Assembly (NCBI GenBank): GCA_963842945.1 | Contig: CAWJIM010000006.1 | Coordinates: forward strand, 32,001-96,000 | Direction of reading: 5' to 3' | DNA length: 64,000 nt | Source: an uncultured Gemmatimonadales bacterium | GTDB lineage: Bacteria > Gemmatimonadota > Gemmatimonadetes > Gemmatimonadales > GWC2-71-9 | Shown here: piece by piece, positions 53,662 to 63,890 of the stretch | Position numbering within the stretch: the first letter of the stretch is position 1 | Layout of the letters: each line of letters starts with the position of its first letter | The notes under the pieces: generated by a model | The model's input: the letters and a program-made list of their open reading frames with translations, nothing else | Database searches by the model: none | What the model was told of the DNA's origin: nothing | Translations under genes and position numbers: made by a program

Positions 53662-54615
53662 ATGCAGAGACCACCTGTGGACTCGACTCTCTCCCGGAGA
53701 GAACTGCTCCGGCTGGCAACGGCTGCCGCCGCGGCAATGGCCTTCCCCACCCCGCGTTGGCCTGCCGCGCGGAGACCAGCGCCTGCACGGTAGCGGAACA
53801 TCCGATACCGATCAGGAGCGCCTGATCTCCTGGACGGACCATCTGCGCACCGAGGGGCTCACCAAGGCCCGAAGCTGCTCTTGGGCGCGAGCGTCGGCCG
53901 CGTGGGGGAGCTGGCCGGTGGCAGCCCGTACGTCCCGTTCACCCTCGAGGCGTACCTCGAGCACGGCGGCGACCCCTCCGCTGAGCCGCTGACTCTTTCC
54001 CTGACCCGGTTCGACTGCGTCACCCTGGTCGAGGCGTGCCTGGCGGTAAGCCGGGTAGCGGCCATCGAGCAGCCGGCAAGCTGGGAGCAGTTTGGGCGCG
54101 AGGTGGAGCGGATGCGCTATCGCGACGGAAAGCGGCTGGGCTACAGCTCCCGGCTGCACTACTTCAGTGAATGGATCACCGATGGAGCGCGGCGCGGGCT
54201 GGTGAGAGAGATGGGCCCGGAGCTGGGCGCCGCCGAAGACAGCCGTCCGCTTCGATTCATGACGGAGCATCGGGCGAAGTACCTGGCCTTGCACGATGAC
54301 CACGTATTCCAGGAGATCCAGCGCATCGAGCGGGGCCTGGATGACCGGCCGCGCCATGTGGTACCAACCAAGCAGATCCCCGCGATCGTCGACCGAATCC
54401 AGACTGGAGACGTTCTGGCTTTCGCCACCGAGATTCCCGGGCTGGACGTGACTCACTCGGCGCTGGCATACCGCGATCGGGACGGAGTACTGCGGGTGTG
54501 TCATGCACCTCTGTCCGGCGGGGTAGTAGAAATCACCCGAACAACGCTTCCCGAGTACGTGGCTGCTATCCGCCGGGCCAGCGGAATTCTGGTGGCCCGG
54601 CCGCTTCGCGGCTGA
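53662..54615 (+). CDS. DUF1460 N-acetylmuramoyl-L-alanine amidase-like (NlpC/P60) protein with Tat-like signal; N-terminal frameshifts
   Basis: SRRELLRL signal, FDCVTLVE, RYRDG, SRLHYFSEW, GLDVTH. Confidence 0.8.
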
Positions 54616-54616
54616 C

Positions 54617-55195
54617 ATGGCCAGGAAGCAGCTCTCCCTCTTCGGCAAGAGCGAAACCTGGCCCGAGGGTTTCAGGTACCAGGCGAACGTGGTGCCTCCC
54701 GATGAAGAGGCGGCGTTGCTGGAGCAGGTACGAGGACTGCCGTTCAAGGAATTCGAGTTTCAGGGCTTTGTTGGGAAGCGGCGCACGGTCTCCTACGGCT
54801 GGCGCTACGATTTCAACGAGCGAGCGCTGCAGAAGGCCGACGATATACCTTCCTTTTTGCGCTCGCTTCGCGAGCGGGCCGGCGCATTTGCCGGGCTGCC
54901 GGCCTCCCAGTTTCAACAGGTGCTGGTGACCGAATACGGGCCGGGAGCCAGCATCGGCTGGCATAGGGACAAACCGGTTTTCGGGGAGGTCATCGGCATC
55001 TCCCTCCTCTCCAGCTGCCGCTTCCGGTTTCGGCGCAAGGCCGGACCCGGTTGGGAGAGGGTGTCCCTGATGGCAGATCCGCGCTCGGCCTATCTGCTGA
55101 GCGGCCCCTCACGCAACGAGTGGGAGCACAGCATTCCCGCGGTGGATAGCCTGCGTTATTCCATTACCTTCCGAAACTTCCGCGAACCTCGATAG
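54617..55195 (+). CDS. AlkB-like 2OG-Fe(II) dioxygenase
   Basis: EYGPGASIGWHRD, WEHSIP, RYSITFR. Confidence 0.9.
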   Translation: MARKQLSLFGKSETWPEGFRYQANVVPPDEEAALLEQVRGLPFKEFEFQGFVGKRRTVSYGWRYDFNERALQKADDIPSFLRSLRERAGAFAGLPASQFQQVLVTEYGPGASIGWHRDKPVFGEVIGISLLSSCRFRFRRKAGPGWERVSLMADPRSAYLLSGPSRNEWEHSIPAVDSLRYSITFRNFREPR

Positions 55196-55209
55196 CGCCG
55201 GCCTGCCGC

Positions 55210-56034
55210 ATGATCGTTCATCTTCTCGATGGGACCTACGAGCTGTTCCGGCACTTCTACGGCCTGCGCCGCTTCACCAAGGGCACTGACCGGCCCTATG
55301 GCGCGGTGGCCGGCGTGCTCCACACGGTGCTGCAACTGATCGAGACCGGGGGGACCCATGTCGGAGTGGCCACCGATCACATTATTGAATCCTTCCGCAA
55401 CGACCTGTGGCCTGGGTACAAGACCGGTGCGGGGATCGAGCCCGCCCTGCTCGCGCAATTTCATCCGTTGGAGGAGGCCCTGGCTGCAATGGGCGTGGTG
55501 GTGTGGCCTATGGTTGAGCTGGAGGCGGATGACGCGCTCGCGTCAGCCGCGACCATCGCCGCCAGGGACGAATCAGTGGAGAAGGTTTGCATCTGGACTC
55601 CCGATAAGGATCTCGGGCAATGCGTCCGGGACGACCGCGTGGTTCAGGTGGATCAAAAGAGTCGCAACATCAGGAACGCGGCCGGGGTTCGCGAGAAGTT
55701 CGGAGTGGACCCGGTGTTGATTCCCGATTTCCTCGCCCTGGTGGGCGATGCCGCCGACGGCTATCCCGGCATTCCGGGCATTGGGAAAAACACGGCGGCC
55801 CGCCTGCTCAATCAGTACGGTCCCATCGAGGCCTTTCCCGCAACTGTTCTGGGAGAAAGGCTGGAGCTGGCCCTGCTCTTCAAGCGCCTGGCCACCCTGG
55901 TCGTGGACGCCCCGCTCTTCTCCAGCGTGGACGAGCTTCGCTGGCGGGGTCCGACTCCCGACTTTGCGGCGATGACCGAGCGGTTCAAGGAGGGTCGGCT
56001 GCTGGAGCGATCACTCAAGGCCCAGGTCGCGTAG
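55210..56034 (+). CDS. Stand-alone 5'-3' exonuclease / flap endonuclease
   Basis: LLDGT, FRNDLWPGYK, EADDALAS, DKD, LVGDAADGYPGIPGIGKNTA (H3TH). Confidence 0.9.
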   Translation: MIVHLLDGTYELFRHFYGLRRFTKGTDRPYGAVAGVLHTVLQLIETGGTHVGVATDHIIESFRNDLWPGYKTGAGIEPALLAQFHPLEEALAAMGVVVWPMVELEADDALASAATIAARDESVEKVCIWTPDKDLGQCVRDDRVVQVDQKSRNIRNAAGVREKFGVDPVLIPDFLALVGDAADGYPGIPGIGKNTAARLLNQYGPIEAFPATVLGERLELALLFKRLATLVVDAPLFSSVDELRWRGPTPDFAAMTERFKEGRLLERSLKAQVA

Positions 56035-56040
56035 CTACCG

Positions 56041-56067
56041 TGTCGATTCCAGGAATCCTCGTTCGAC
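56041..56067 (+). promoter_or_regulatory. ECF42-type promoter upstream of the YciI gene
   Basis: TGTCGA-N17-CGAC, matching the ECF42 -35 TGTCGA / -10 CG(A/T)C consensus as I recall it. Confidence 0.65.
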
Positions 56068-56129
56068 GGGTTACAGGAGGGGGAAGCGGGGATGCGGGGG
56101 AACGGCAACCACATCGAGAGGGTAAGACA

Positions 56130-56546
56130 ATGCGTTTCATGGTGATCGTTAAAGCCGACAAGAGCAGCGAGGCCGGGGTACTGCCAAGCAAGGAGCTGCT
56201 CACCGAGATGGGGAAGTACAACGAAGAGCTGGCCAAGGCGGGCGTTATGCTGGCTGGGGAGGGTCTCCAGCCGAGCTCCAAGGGTGCGCGGGTCAGATTC
56301 TCGGGCAACAAGCGAAACGTCATCGACGGGCCCTTCTCTGAGACCAAGGAGCTGGTCGCCGGGTTCTGGCTCTGGCAGGTGAGATCGAAAGAGGAAGCAA
56401 TCGAATGGCTCAAGCGCGCGCCATTCCGCGAGGGAGAAGTCGAGATCCGTCAGGTGTTCGAAGCTGAGGACTTCGGAGCCGAGTTCACTCCCGAGCTTCG
56501 GGAGCAGGAGGAGCGAATCCGGCAACAGGTATCGAGCAAGAAGTAG
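56130..56546 (+). CDS. YciI/DGPF-family protein
   Basis: GEGLQPSSKG and DGPFSETKELVAGFW. Confidence 0.92.
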   Translation: MRFMVIVKADKSSEAGVLPSKELLTEMGKYNEELAKAGVMLAGEGLQPSSKGARVRFSGNKRNVIDGPFSETKELVAGFWLWQVRSKEEAIEWLKRAPFREGEVEIRQVFEAEDFGAEFTPELREQEERIRQQVSSKK

Positions 56547-56568
56547 CCCCTCGGTGCTGCTGGCCTCC

Positions 56569-57768
56569 TCACGGGGCCAGCAGCGCCATTGCGGCGCGCT
56601 TGGTGGCCGTCCAGCCTGCTTCCTCCCCGGCCGGGTCGGCCTCGTTGGTGGTGTTGAGCACAGTGACGATGGCGCTCCGGGTATCGGGCCGGAGATAAAA
56701 GAACGACCGAAAGTTGGCCTGGTCTCCCGTGTGTCCCACCAGTGTGACCTGTCCCCGCTTGAAGAGAAAGAACGAGAGTCCCACGGAACCGGGTATGTCG
56801 TCCTGGGAGCCGGCGGGCACCACCGCGCGCCACATCTCCTCTAGCGAGGCGCGGCGCAGTACCGACTCGTACCGCTTTGCCAACGCCGTGTCTGCCCGGC
56901 CGGCGCCGGTGAGAAAGCTCAAGTAAACGGCTAGATCGGTGAGAGGCGCGTTCCAGCCGCTGTTCGGAATGGTGATCCCGGGGTCGAAGTCCGGGCTGTT
57001 TCCCTGCACCCACACTCGATCCGCGCTGTCCCGCCGAACCGTGTAGTTGTTCGAGCGCCAGCGCGCGAGGTGATACGGCGTTGTCCCGAAGTAGCTCCAG
57101 CCGAGACCCAGTGGCGTCCAGATGTTCTTCTGGATGTAGTTCTGATAGGGATCTCCGGTGAGCTGCTCGATCACTCGAGCCAGATAGATGAACGCCGGGT
57201 TACTGTAGCCGAACCGCGACCCGGGCCGGAAAATGATCTCCTGGTATGGCATCATCGATACCAGCTGCTCCCAGCGGGTCGGTTCGAACGGCTCCCAAGG
57301 CAGGCCTCGCCTGTATGGCCAGGTGGGATCCTGGAACCCGGCGGAGTGGGAGAGGAGCATCCGGATGGTGATCTCATCCATCGAGCCGAAGCTGTCGTGC
57401 ACCTGCCGCAGCTCCGGCACGTAGCGGGTGATCCTGTCGTCCAGAGAGAGCTTGCCCCGGTCGCGCAGCTGCATGATGGCAATGGCGGTGAGCGTCTTGG
57501 TGATCGAGGCCCAGTGGAAGATGGTTCGCTCCTCCACCCGCTGCTTCCGCTCCCGGTCAGCCCAGCCGTACTCGTGGTGAGCCGTAGTCTTCCCATCATT
57601 CAAAAGAAGGGTGCTGGCCCCGACTGCACTGTCGCGCTGAGCGAAGGCATCGAATGCCTTGGTATACGCTGCCCAGCCTGCCGGATCAGTGACCATGCTC
57701 CTCCGCTGGGCTGCGCCCGGCCTGATCGAGAGCACCACCATCAATGGAATCAGCGCTGCGCAGCGCAT
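56569..57768 (-). CDS. Secreted serine hydrolase (class C beta-lactamase family)
   Basis: Signal peptide, WASITK (SxxK), LLSHSAG, YSN, GHTG. Confidence 0.9.
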   Translation of the reverse strand: MRCAALIPLMVVLSIRPGAAQRRSMVTDPAGWAAYTKAFDAFAQRDSAVGASTLLLNDGKTTAHHEYGWADRERKQRVEERTIFHWASITKTLTAIAIMQLRDRGKLSLDDRITRYVPELRQVHDSFGSMDEITIRMLLSHSAGFQDPTWPYRRGLPWEPFEPTRWEQLVSMMPYQEIIFRPGSRFGYSNPAFIYLARVIEQLTGDPYQNYIQKNIWTPLGLGWSYFGTTPYHLARWRSNNYTVRRDSADRVWVQGNSPDFDPGITIPNSGWNAPLTDLAVYLSFLTGAGRADTALAKRYESVLRRASLEEMWRAVVPAGSQDDIPGSVGLSFFLFKRGQVTLVGHTGDQANFRSFFYLRPDTRSAIVTVLNTTNEADPAGEEAGWTATKRAAMALLAP

Positions 57769-57799
57769 GATTTTCCCCCTTCTCCTTAAATTGGGACTC

Positions 57800-59086
57800 G
57801 TGACCATTGCCGACACCCACCGCACCATAGACGCCGTCTGGCGCATTGAGTCGGCCAAGCTCATTGCCGGGCTGACCCGCCTGGTCGGAGATGTTGGCCT
57901 GGCCGAGGACCTGGCTCAGGATGCGCTGGTTGCCGCACTGGAACGCTGGCCCGAGTCGGGCATCCCTGAGAAGCCTGCGGCCTGGCTTATGGCCACCGCC
58001 AAGCATCGCGCCATTGACCAGCTGCGCCGGGGCAAGATGCTGGACCGAAAGCACGTGCAGGTCGGCCACGAGATGGAGATCCGCCAGGAAGCCGCGGCTC
58101 CCGATCTCGATGCGGCGCTCGATGACGATATCGGCGATGACCTGCTCCGGCTCATGTTCATGGCGTGTCACCCGGTGCTGTCCACGGAAGCACGAGTCGC
58201 CCTGACCCTGCGACTGGTGGGCGGCCTCACCACCCCGGAAATCGCGCGGGCTTTTCTGAGTGCGGAGCCGACTATCGCGCAGCGAATCGTTCGCGCCAAA
58301 CGCACCCTGGCAGACGCTCACATTCCGTTCGAGGTTCCTCGGGGCAGCGAGCTCCAGTCCCGTCTATCATCGGTGCTCGGCGTCCTATACCTGGTGTTCA
58401 ATGAAGGCTACTCGGCCACCGCTGGAGACGACTGGATGCGTCCCCAGCTCTGTGAAGAAGCCCTTCGGCTGGGACGGATCCTGGCGGAGCTGACGCCGCA
58501 GGAGCCAGAGGTCCATGGACTGGTGGCGCTCATGGAGATCCAGGCCTCCCGGCTCCGGGCCCGGACCGGTCCCACCGGTGAGCCAATCCTCCTGCTGGAA
58601 CAGGATCGGGCCCGGTGGGATCAGCTGTTGATCCGGCGTGGTCTGGCGGCGCTCGCGCGGGCCGAGGCGTTGGCCGACTCCCTGGGACCGTACGCGCTGC
58701 AGGCTGCGATCGCCGCGTGTCACGCGCGTGCGCGAGTGGCTGAAGAGACCGATTGGGCCCTCATCGCATCATTGTACGAACGGCTGGCGCAGCTCACCCC
58801 GTCTCCCGTCGTGGAACTGAACCGTGCGGTCGCGGTGGGCATGGCATACGGCCCGGCCGCCGGTCTGGAGCTGGCGGACAAGCTGCTGACCGACCCCCTG
58901 CTCGAAGAGTATCATCTGCTGCCCGCCGTCCGGGGCGACCTGCTCAGCAAGTTAGGACGGAATGAGGAAGCCCGGGGCGAGTTCGAGCGCGCGGCCTCGC
59001 TGACCAGGAACGCCCGGGAACGCGAGCTCCTGCTGCAGCGAGCCGCGTCCTCCGGGCCGAACCGGGCCACTCACTCCGCGTCGTGA
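57800..59086 (+). CDS. ECF42-type sigma factor with C-terminal TPR-like extension (DUF6596)
   Basis: LAEDLAQDA, DDLLRLMFMACHPVL, EIARAFL..TIAQRIVRAK, YLVFNEGY, GPYALQAAIAACH. Confidence 0.92.
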   Translation: MTIADTHRTIDAVWRIESAKLIAGLTRLVGDVGLAEDLAQDALVAALERWPESGIPEKPAAWLMATAKHRAIDQLRRGKMLDRKHVQVGHEMEIRQEAAAPDLDAALDDDIGDDLLRLMFMACHPVLSTEARVALTLRLVGGLTTPEIARAFLSAEPTIAQRIVRAKRTLADAHIPFEVPRGSELQSRLSSVLGVLYLVFNEGYSATAGDDWMRPQLCEEALRLGRILAELTPQEPEVHGLVALMEIQASRLRARTGPTGEPILLLEQDRARWDQLLIRRGLAALARAEALADSLGPYALQAAIAACHARARVAEETDWALIASLYERLAQLTPSPVVELNRAVAVGMAYGPAAGLELADKLLTDPLLEEYHLLPAVRGDLLSKLGRNEEARGEFERAASLTRNARERELLLQRAASSGPNRATHSAS

Positions 59087-59781
59087 AAGATGATGCCCAG
59101 TGTGTGCCGCCGTCCGGACCGGATCCGGCTCACGCCGTGGCGCAGGTTGACCCGGTACACTCCGCGGGAGCCCTGCACCGGCCGCTGCCGCACGGTGAAG
59201 ACAACTCCATCACCCTGGCTGAGAGGCACCACTTCGGCCCGGGACTGCATCCGGGGGCGCTGCTCCGTCATGACGAACTCACCCCCGGTAAAGTCCTGAT
59301 CCGGCCGGGAGAGCAGGATGGCGACTTGCAGCGGGAAGACGTGCTCACCGTAGACATCCTGATGGAGACAGTTGTAGTCCCCTGCCGTGTAGCGCAGGAG
59401 AAGCGGGGTCGCCCGTCGCTGCCCGGCCTGGTGGCAGCGCTCCAGAAACTCGGCGTGGCTGCCAGGGTATCGCACGCCGATGCCCATGGCCTCGTTCCAC
59501 CGATTGGCGATTGGCGCCAGCTGCCGGTAGAGCGAGGTGCGGAGCTCGGCAATGAGCGGGGGTAGCGGATAGTCGAAGTATTTGTACTCGCCCCGGCCGA
59601 AGCCGTGCCGCGCCATCACAATACGGGACCGAAAGCCCTCCTCCTGATCGTAGAGGGCGGCCAGTTGCCCGCACTCCTCCGGGGAGATGAGCTGATGCAG
59701 CACCGCGTTGCCCTGGATGTCGAGATCCCGCTCCAGCTCCAGCCAGCTGTTTGGCGCTGCCATGACCGCGGGCGCGCTCAC
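59071..59781 (-). CDS. 2OG-Fe(II) oxygenase (DUF2086-like)
   Basis: MARHGFGRGEYKYF, YNCLHQD, FTGGEFV.TEQRPRMQSR, LRHGVS, LGIIFHDA. GTGA overlap with ogt. Confidence 0.85.
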   Translation of the reverse strand: MSAPAVMAAPNSWLELERDLDIQGNAVLHQLISPEECGQLAALYDQEEGFRSRIVMARHGFGRGEYKYFDYPLPPLIAELRTSLYRQLAPIANRWNEAMGIGVRYPGSHAEFLERCHQAGQRRATPLLLRYTAGDYNCLHQDVYGEHVFPLQVAILLSRPDQDFTGGEFVMTEQRPRMQSRAEVVPLSQGDGVVFTVRQRPVQGSRGVYRVNLRHGVSRIRSGRRHTLGIIFHDAE

Positions 59782-60305
59782 CGCTGGGCCTCCCGTTCCA
59801 GCAGGATTCGCTTCCGCTCCAGTCCCCAGCGGTAGCCCGTAAGACCGCCATCCTTTCCGATCACACGATGACAGGGGACCACCAACGCCAGCGGATTGGT
59901 GGCGCAGGCGCGAGCTACCGCTCTGACCGCGTTGGGCGCTCCGATCCGGCTGGCCACTTCGGTATAGGTGGAGGTGGTGCCCGCAGGAATTTCCCGTAGC
60001 GCCTGCCAGACCCGCTGCTGAAAGGTGGTGCCGCGAAGATCGAGCAGGAGGTCGAGAGGCCGGCCAGGGGCTTCGATCAATCCCACTACCTGAGCCAGGT
60101 ATTGAGCGAGCTCCTGGTCTCGCCGGAGCAGAGTGGTCTGGGGAAATCGTGTTTCCAGCTCCCTGGTAACGGATTCCGCATCGTCGCCCAGGAGAACGCC
60201 ACATACCCCCCGCTCTCCCCGGGCGACCAGGACGGAGCCCAGAGAACAATGGCCGATCGCATAGTGGAGCTCGGCTGGTTGCCGAGCGATGGCGGGAACG
60301 CTCAT
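59778..60305 (-). CDS. ogt: Methylated-DNA-protein-cysteine methyltransferase
   Basis: GTTFQQRVW, RAVARACATN, VPCHRV, GYRWG. Confidence 0.93.
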   Translation of the reverse strand: MSVPAIARQPAELHYAIGHCSLGSVLVARGERGVCGVLLGDDAESVTRELETRFPQTTLLRRDQELAQYLAQVVGLIEAPGRPLDLLLDLRGTTFQQRVWQALREIPAGTTSTYTEVASRIGAPNAVRAVARACATNPLALVVPCHRVIGKDGGLTGYRWGLERKRILLEREAQR

Positions 60306-60388
60306 TGATCGTCCTTTCAGGTTCAGGTTCTGCCTGCTGACGATCAGTCTACGGATTCCCGCTCGATCTCGCGCTCCGGTTCTTGCGA

Positions 60389-61024
60389 TCAAAGTCCCCG
60401 GCGCCGCCGGGCAGACTCTGCCCGCATCCGTTGCATCGCGTCGGTTTCCTGGGCCGCGTAGCGCTCTTCCCTCCAGGGATCCGCTCTCAAATGGTAGCCG
60501 TTCTGCTCCCAGAACCCTGGCGCGTTGTGATCGAGAAACTCGAACCCGCGCACCCATTTGGCACTTTTCCAGAAGTACAGCCGGGGTACCACCAAACGGC
60601 ACGGCCCACCGTGCTCCACCGGCAGCGGGATGCCGTCATGCCGGTACGCGAGGAGAGCATCCTCGCTCGCCAGGTCCGTTAACAGGAGGTTGGTGGTGTA
60701 ATCCGGATCGGCGTGGACCATCACCGCGCTGGCCTCGGGCAGAAGCTGAGCCCGGCGAAGTATCTCGGGCACCGCCACTCCCTCCCAGCGATTGTCGAAC
60801 CGGCTCCAGCGGGTGACGCAGTGCACGTCGGAGGTCACCTGAATCCGGGGAAGCTCGAGGAACTCCTGCCAGGTCCATGTCACCGGCTCCTGAACCAAAC
60901 CAAAACAACGGAAGGTCCAATTGGCGAGATCCAGACGCGGCGTCTCGCCATAGGTCAGGACCGGCCATTTCCTGGTGAGCACCTGCCCGCGGGGCAGACG
61001 ATCCTGGGGCGCCGCTTCTTTCAC
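60389..61024 (-). CDS. Sulfite-oxidase-like molybdopterin oxidoreductase (YuiH-like)
   Basis: RLPRGQ, DVHCVTRWS, EHGGP.RLVVP.LYFWKSAKW, GFWEQNGYH. Confidence 0.9.
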   Translation of the reverse strand: MKEAAPQDRLPRGQVLTRKWPVLTYGETPRLDLANWTFRCFGLVQEPVTWTWQEFLELPRIQVTSDVHCVTRWSRFDNRWEGVAVPEILRRAQLLPEASAVMVHADPDYTTNLLLTDLASEDALLAYRHDGIPLPVEHGGPCRLVVPRLYFWKSAKWVRGFEFLDHNAPGFWEQNGYHLRADPWREERYAAQETDAMQRMRAESARRRRGL

Positions 61025-61128
61025 GTGGAGCTCCGGTTCAGAAACTCTGCCAATCTAGTTGACAACCTTTCGGCGTGGTGGCGTGTCAAAGACCCCTGCA
61101 GCCAAGGAGCCATCAGCCGAGGAGTCGT

Positions 61129-63813
61129 ATGCTCAGCGGAATTTCCATCCCGCTTGCTTATATCATGCTTGCCACCCTGCAGAACCCCACACCCACCCAG
61201 TCCCGCGATTCAGTTCGCGCCGGGAGCGCGCACGCCCACGCCCGGGAGATCCGGGCTGCCCAGCTGGAGGGGAACGTCGAGGTAGACGGGCATCTGAATG
61301 AGCCCGCGTGGGCGCAGGCGGAGCCCGCGTCGGGGTTCATCCAAACCGACCCGATCGAAGGCGACCCCGCCACCGAGAGGACCGAGGTCCGCGTGTTGAT
61401 CGGCACCGAGGCACTCTATATCGGTGCTCGGCTCTATGATCGAGGGCCAGGGCGGGTCAAGGCAGTGCTGGCCCGGCGCGATGACGATGTCGAGTCTGAC
61501 GAGTTCGACGTGTACCTCGACACCTTCCACGACCATCTCAGCGGGGTCCGGTTTCGGATAACGCCCGGAGGCGCCATCCTGGACGGCATCCTGGGTTCTT
61601 CGGCGCAGGGAAGCGACGAAGACGATTCCTGGGACCCGGTCTGGGAGAGCGCCACTCAGGTCGATTCGCTCGGCTGGACCGTGGAGCTCCGCATCCCGCT
61701 CTCTCAACTCCGCTACAACTCGACGGCGAACGGCATCTGGGGCATTCAGCTGTACCGCAAGATCCTGCGGAAGGGCGAGGAAGACTGGTTTTCCTTTGTG
61801 CCCAAGAGCGAGTTCGGTGGAGTCAGCCGCTACGCCCATCTGGTGGGCCTGGGAAAGCTGCGGCCGCAGCGGCGGCTGGAGATGGCGCCGTATCTGCTCG
61901 CTCGAGCAGCCTACCAGCCCACGGTAGCGGGCGACCCGTTTCGGAGCGGACACGATTATAACGGCTCGGCCGGGCTCGACCTCAAGTACGGTCTCACCAG
62001 CGATCTGACTCTCAGCGCTACAGTGAATCCGGATTTCGGCCAGGTCGAGGTTGACCCTGCGGTCGTGAATCTCAGCGCATTCGAGACGTTCTATCCGGAG
62101 AAGCGACCCTTCTTCGTCGAGGGTGCCGACGTCTTTCGCTTCGGCGGGATTCGGGCCAACAACAGCTTCAACTTTCCGGAGTCTTTCTTCAGCCGTCGGA
62201 TCGGCCGCGAGCCGCAACGCAACCTCGAAGGCGATGGGGTGAGCTACCTCGACCGGCCCACCGAGACCTCGATCCGTACGGCCGCCAAGCTGACCGGGCG
62301 TACCCACTCCGGCTGGTCTCTGGGCGTGCTGGATGCGGTGACTGCCGGAGAGCGGGCGCGCTACGTGGACGACTTGGGGTCGAGGGTAACGGCTCCGGTC
62401 GAGCCGCTGACCAACTATTTCGTGGGGCGGGTCCGCAAGGATCTTCGGGAGGGCAATACCACGCTCGGCGTCATCGGCACCGCGGTGAACCGGGATCAGG
62501 GCGATGCTCAGCTGATGTCGCTGTTGCGGAGCAGCGCGTACCTGTTCGGCGCCGACTTTACCAACTCCTGGTCCAATCGCGCCTGGTCGTTCGACGGCGC
62601 CATAGGGATCAGCAGGGTTGGCGGCACGCCAGACGCGATTGCTCGAACCCAGCGGTCGAGCGCCCGGTACTACCAGCGCCCCGATGCCACCAGCTTTCAC
62701 TACGATTCCACCCGCACCTCGTTGACCGGCTACTCCTATCAGCTGGCCCTGGCCAAGAACAGCGGCCGGCATTGGGAGGGCGGCCTGGTATATCAGGAGG
62801 TCAGCCCCGCTTTCGAGTCGAACGACCTCGGCTTCCAGTCCGATGCCTCACAGCGCGGCATCTCCACCGACCTGGAGTACCATGAGCGGCAGCCCGGCAA
62901 GGTGTTCCGGAACTATCAGATCTTTCCGTTCACCAACCACCAGTGGAACTTCGACGGCGATCTGATCTTCGGCTCATACGGGCTCATTTTTGCGGCCCAG
63001 CTCAAGAACTTCTGGGACTTTCAGCTGCGCGGGGACTATGCACCACCGGTCTATGATGACCGGCTGACCCGGGGCGGACCGCTCGCTCAGCAGCCCCGCT
63101 TCGGCGACGTGCGGGTGACGGTGAACTCGGATACCCGAAGGACCACCAGGTTGTCGGGGAACCTTACCCAGTCGTGGACCGCCGCCGACGAGCATCGGAC
63201 CGAGGCGGACCTGACCCTCAGCATGCGGCCCTCGTCGGCCTTTCACCTGAGCCTGGGGCCGGCCCTCACCTTGAACCGGACCAAGGCCCAGTATGTGACC
63301 ACGGTGGCCGACCCGGCGGCAACCGCGACCTTCGGCTCCCGCTACGTATTTGCCACACTGGATCAGCAAGAACTTTCCATGATCGCCCGCCTGGACTGGA
63401 CCTTCACTCCCACCCTCAGCCTGCAGTTCTTCTTTCAACCCCTGATCTCTGCCGGTGACTTTACCGACCTGAAGGAATTCAGCAGTCCCCGGAGCTACGA
63501 CTTCTCGGTGTACGGCCGAGACAAGGGCACCATAGCAACGACCAGCGAGGGAACCGAAATCGATCCGGGCGACGGAGGAGCTTCGTTCACTGTTCCCCCG
63601 CAGGATTTCACCATCCGCTCACTCAGGGCCAACGCGGTTCTGCGCTGGGAGTGGAGTCCCGGGTCGACGCTGTTCCTGGTATGGCAGCAGAACCGGGCCA
63701 ACGACGAGTCGTTCGGAAATCTGCGGCTGAGCCGGGATGTGAACGCGCTCTTCGCCGGCGGCGAGTCACTGAACGTGCTCGCCGTCAAGGCGAGTTACTG
63801 GCTGAGCTGGTAA
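61129..63813 (+). CDS. CBM9-like / DUF5916 domain outer-membrane protein
   Basis: VDGHLNEPAW, GWTVELRIP, TVNPDFGQVEVD, EKRPFFVEG, FSRRIG, LRWEWSPGS. Confidence 0.88.
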   Translation: MLSGISIPLAYIMLATLQNPTPTQSRDSVRAGSAHAHAREIRAAQLEGNVEVDGHLNEPAWAQAEPASGFIQTDPIEGDPATERTEVRVLIGTEALYIGARLYDRGPGRVKAVLARRDDDVESDEFDVYLDTFHDHLSGVRFRITPGGAILDGILGSSAQGSDEDDSWDPVWESATQVDSLGWTVELRIPLSQLRYNSTANGIWGIQLYRKILRKGEEDWFSFVPKSEFGGVSRYAHLVGLGKLRPQRRLEMAPYLLARAAYQPTVAGDPFRSGHDYNGSAGLDLKYGLTSDLTLSATVNPDFGQVEVDPAVVNLSAFETFYPEKRPFFVEGADVFRFGGIRANNSFNFPESFFSRRIGREPQRNLEGDGVSYLDRPTETSIRTAAKLTGRTHSGWSLGVLDAVTAGERARYVDDLGSRVTAPVEPLTNYFVGRVRKDLREGNTTLGVIGTAVNRDQGDAQLMSLLRSSAYLFGADFTNSWSNRAWSFDGAIGISRVGGTPDAIARTQRSSARYYQRPDATSFHYDSTRTSLTGYSYQLALAKNSGRHWEGGLVYQEVSPAFESNDLGFQSDASQRGISTDLEYHERQPGKVFRNYQIFPFTNHQWNFDGDLIFGSYGLIFAAQLKNFWDFQLRGDYAPPVYDDRLTRGGPLAQQPRFGDVRVTVNSDTRRTTRLSGNLTQSWTAADEHRTEADLTLSMRPSSAFHLSLGPALTLNRTKAQYVTTVADPAATATFGSRYVFATLDQQELSMIARLDWTFTPTLSLQFFFQPLISAGDFTDLKEFSSPRSYDFSVYGRDKGTIATTSEGTEIDPGDGGASFTVPPQDFTIRSLRANAVLRWEWSPGSTLFLVWQQNRANDESFGNLRLSRDVNALFAGGESLNVLAVKASYWLSW

Positions 63814-63890
63814 GGGTTAGCGCTTCTTCCCGATCCCAGCTCAGACGCCCCGGGATTACGGCGTGTCCCTGCGGAAGTAACTTGAGAGCC

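Noticed and set aside
61059..61089. TTGACA-N19-TGTCAA inverted repeat between divergent genes
   Set aside because: Could be an operator, but there are no matching -10 elements or second copy; insufficient support.
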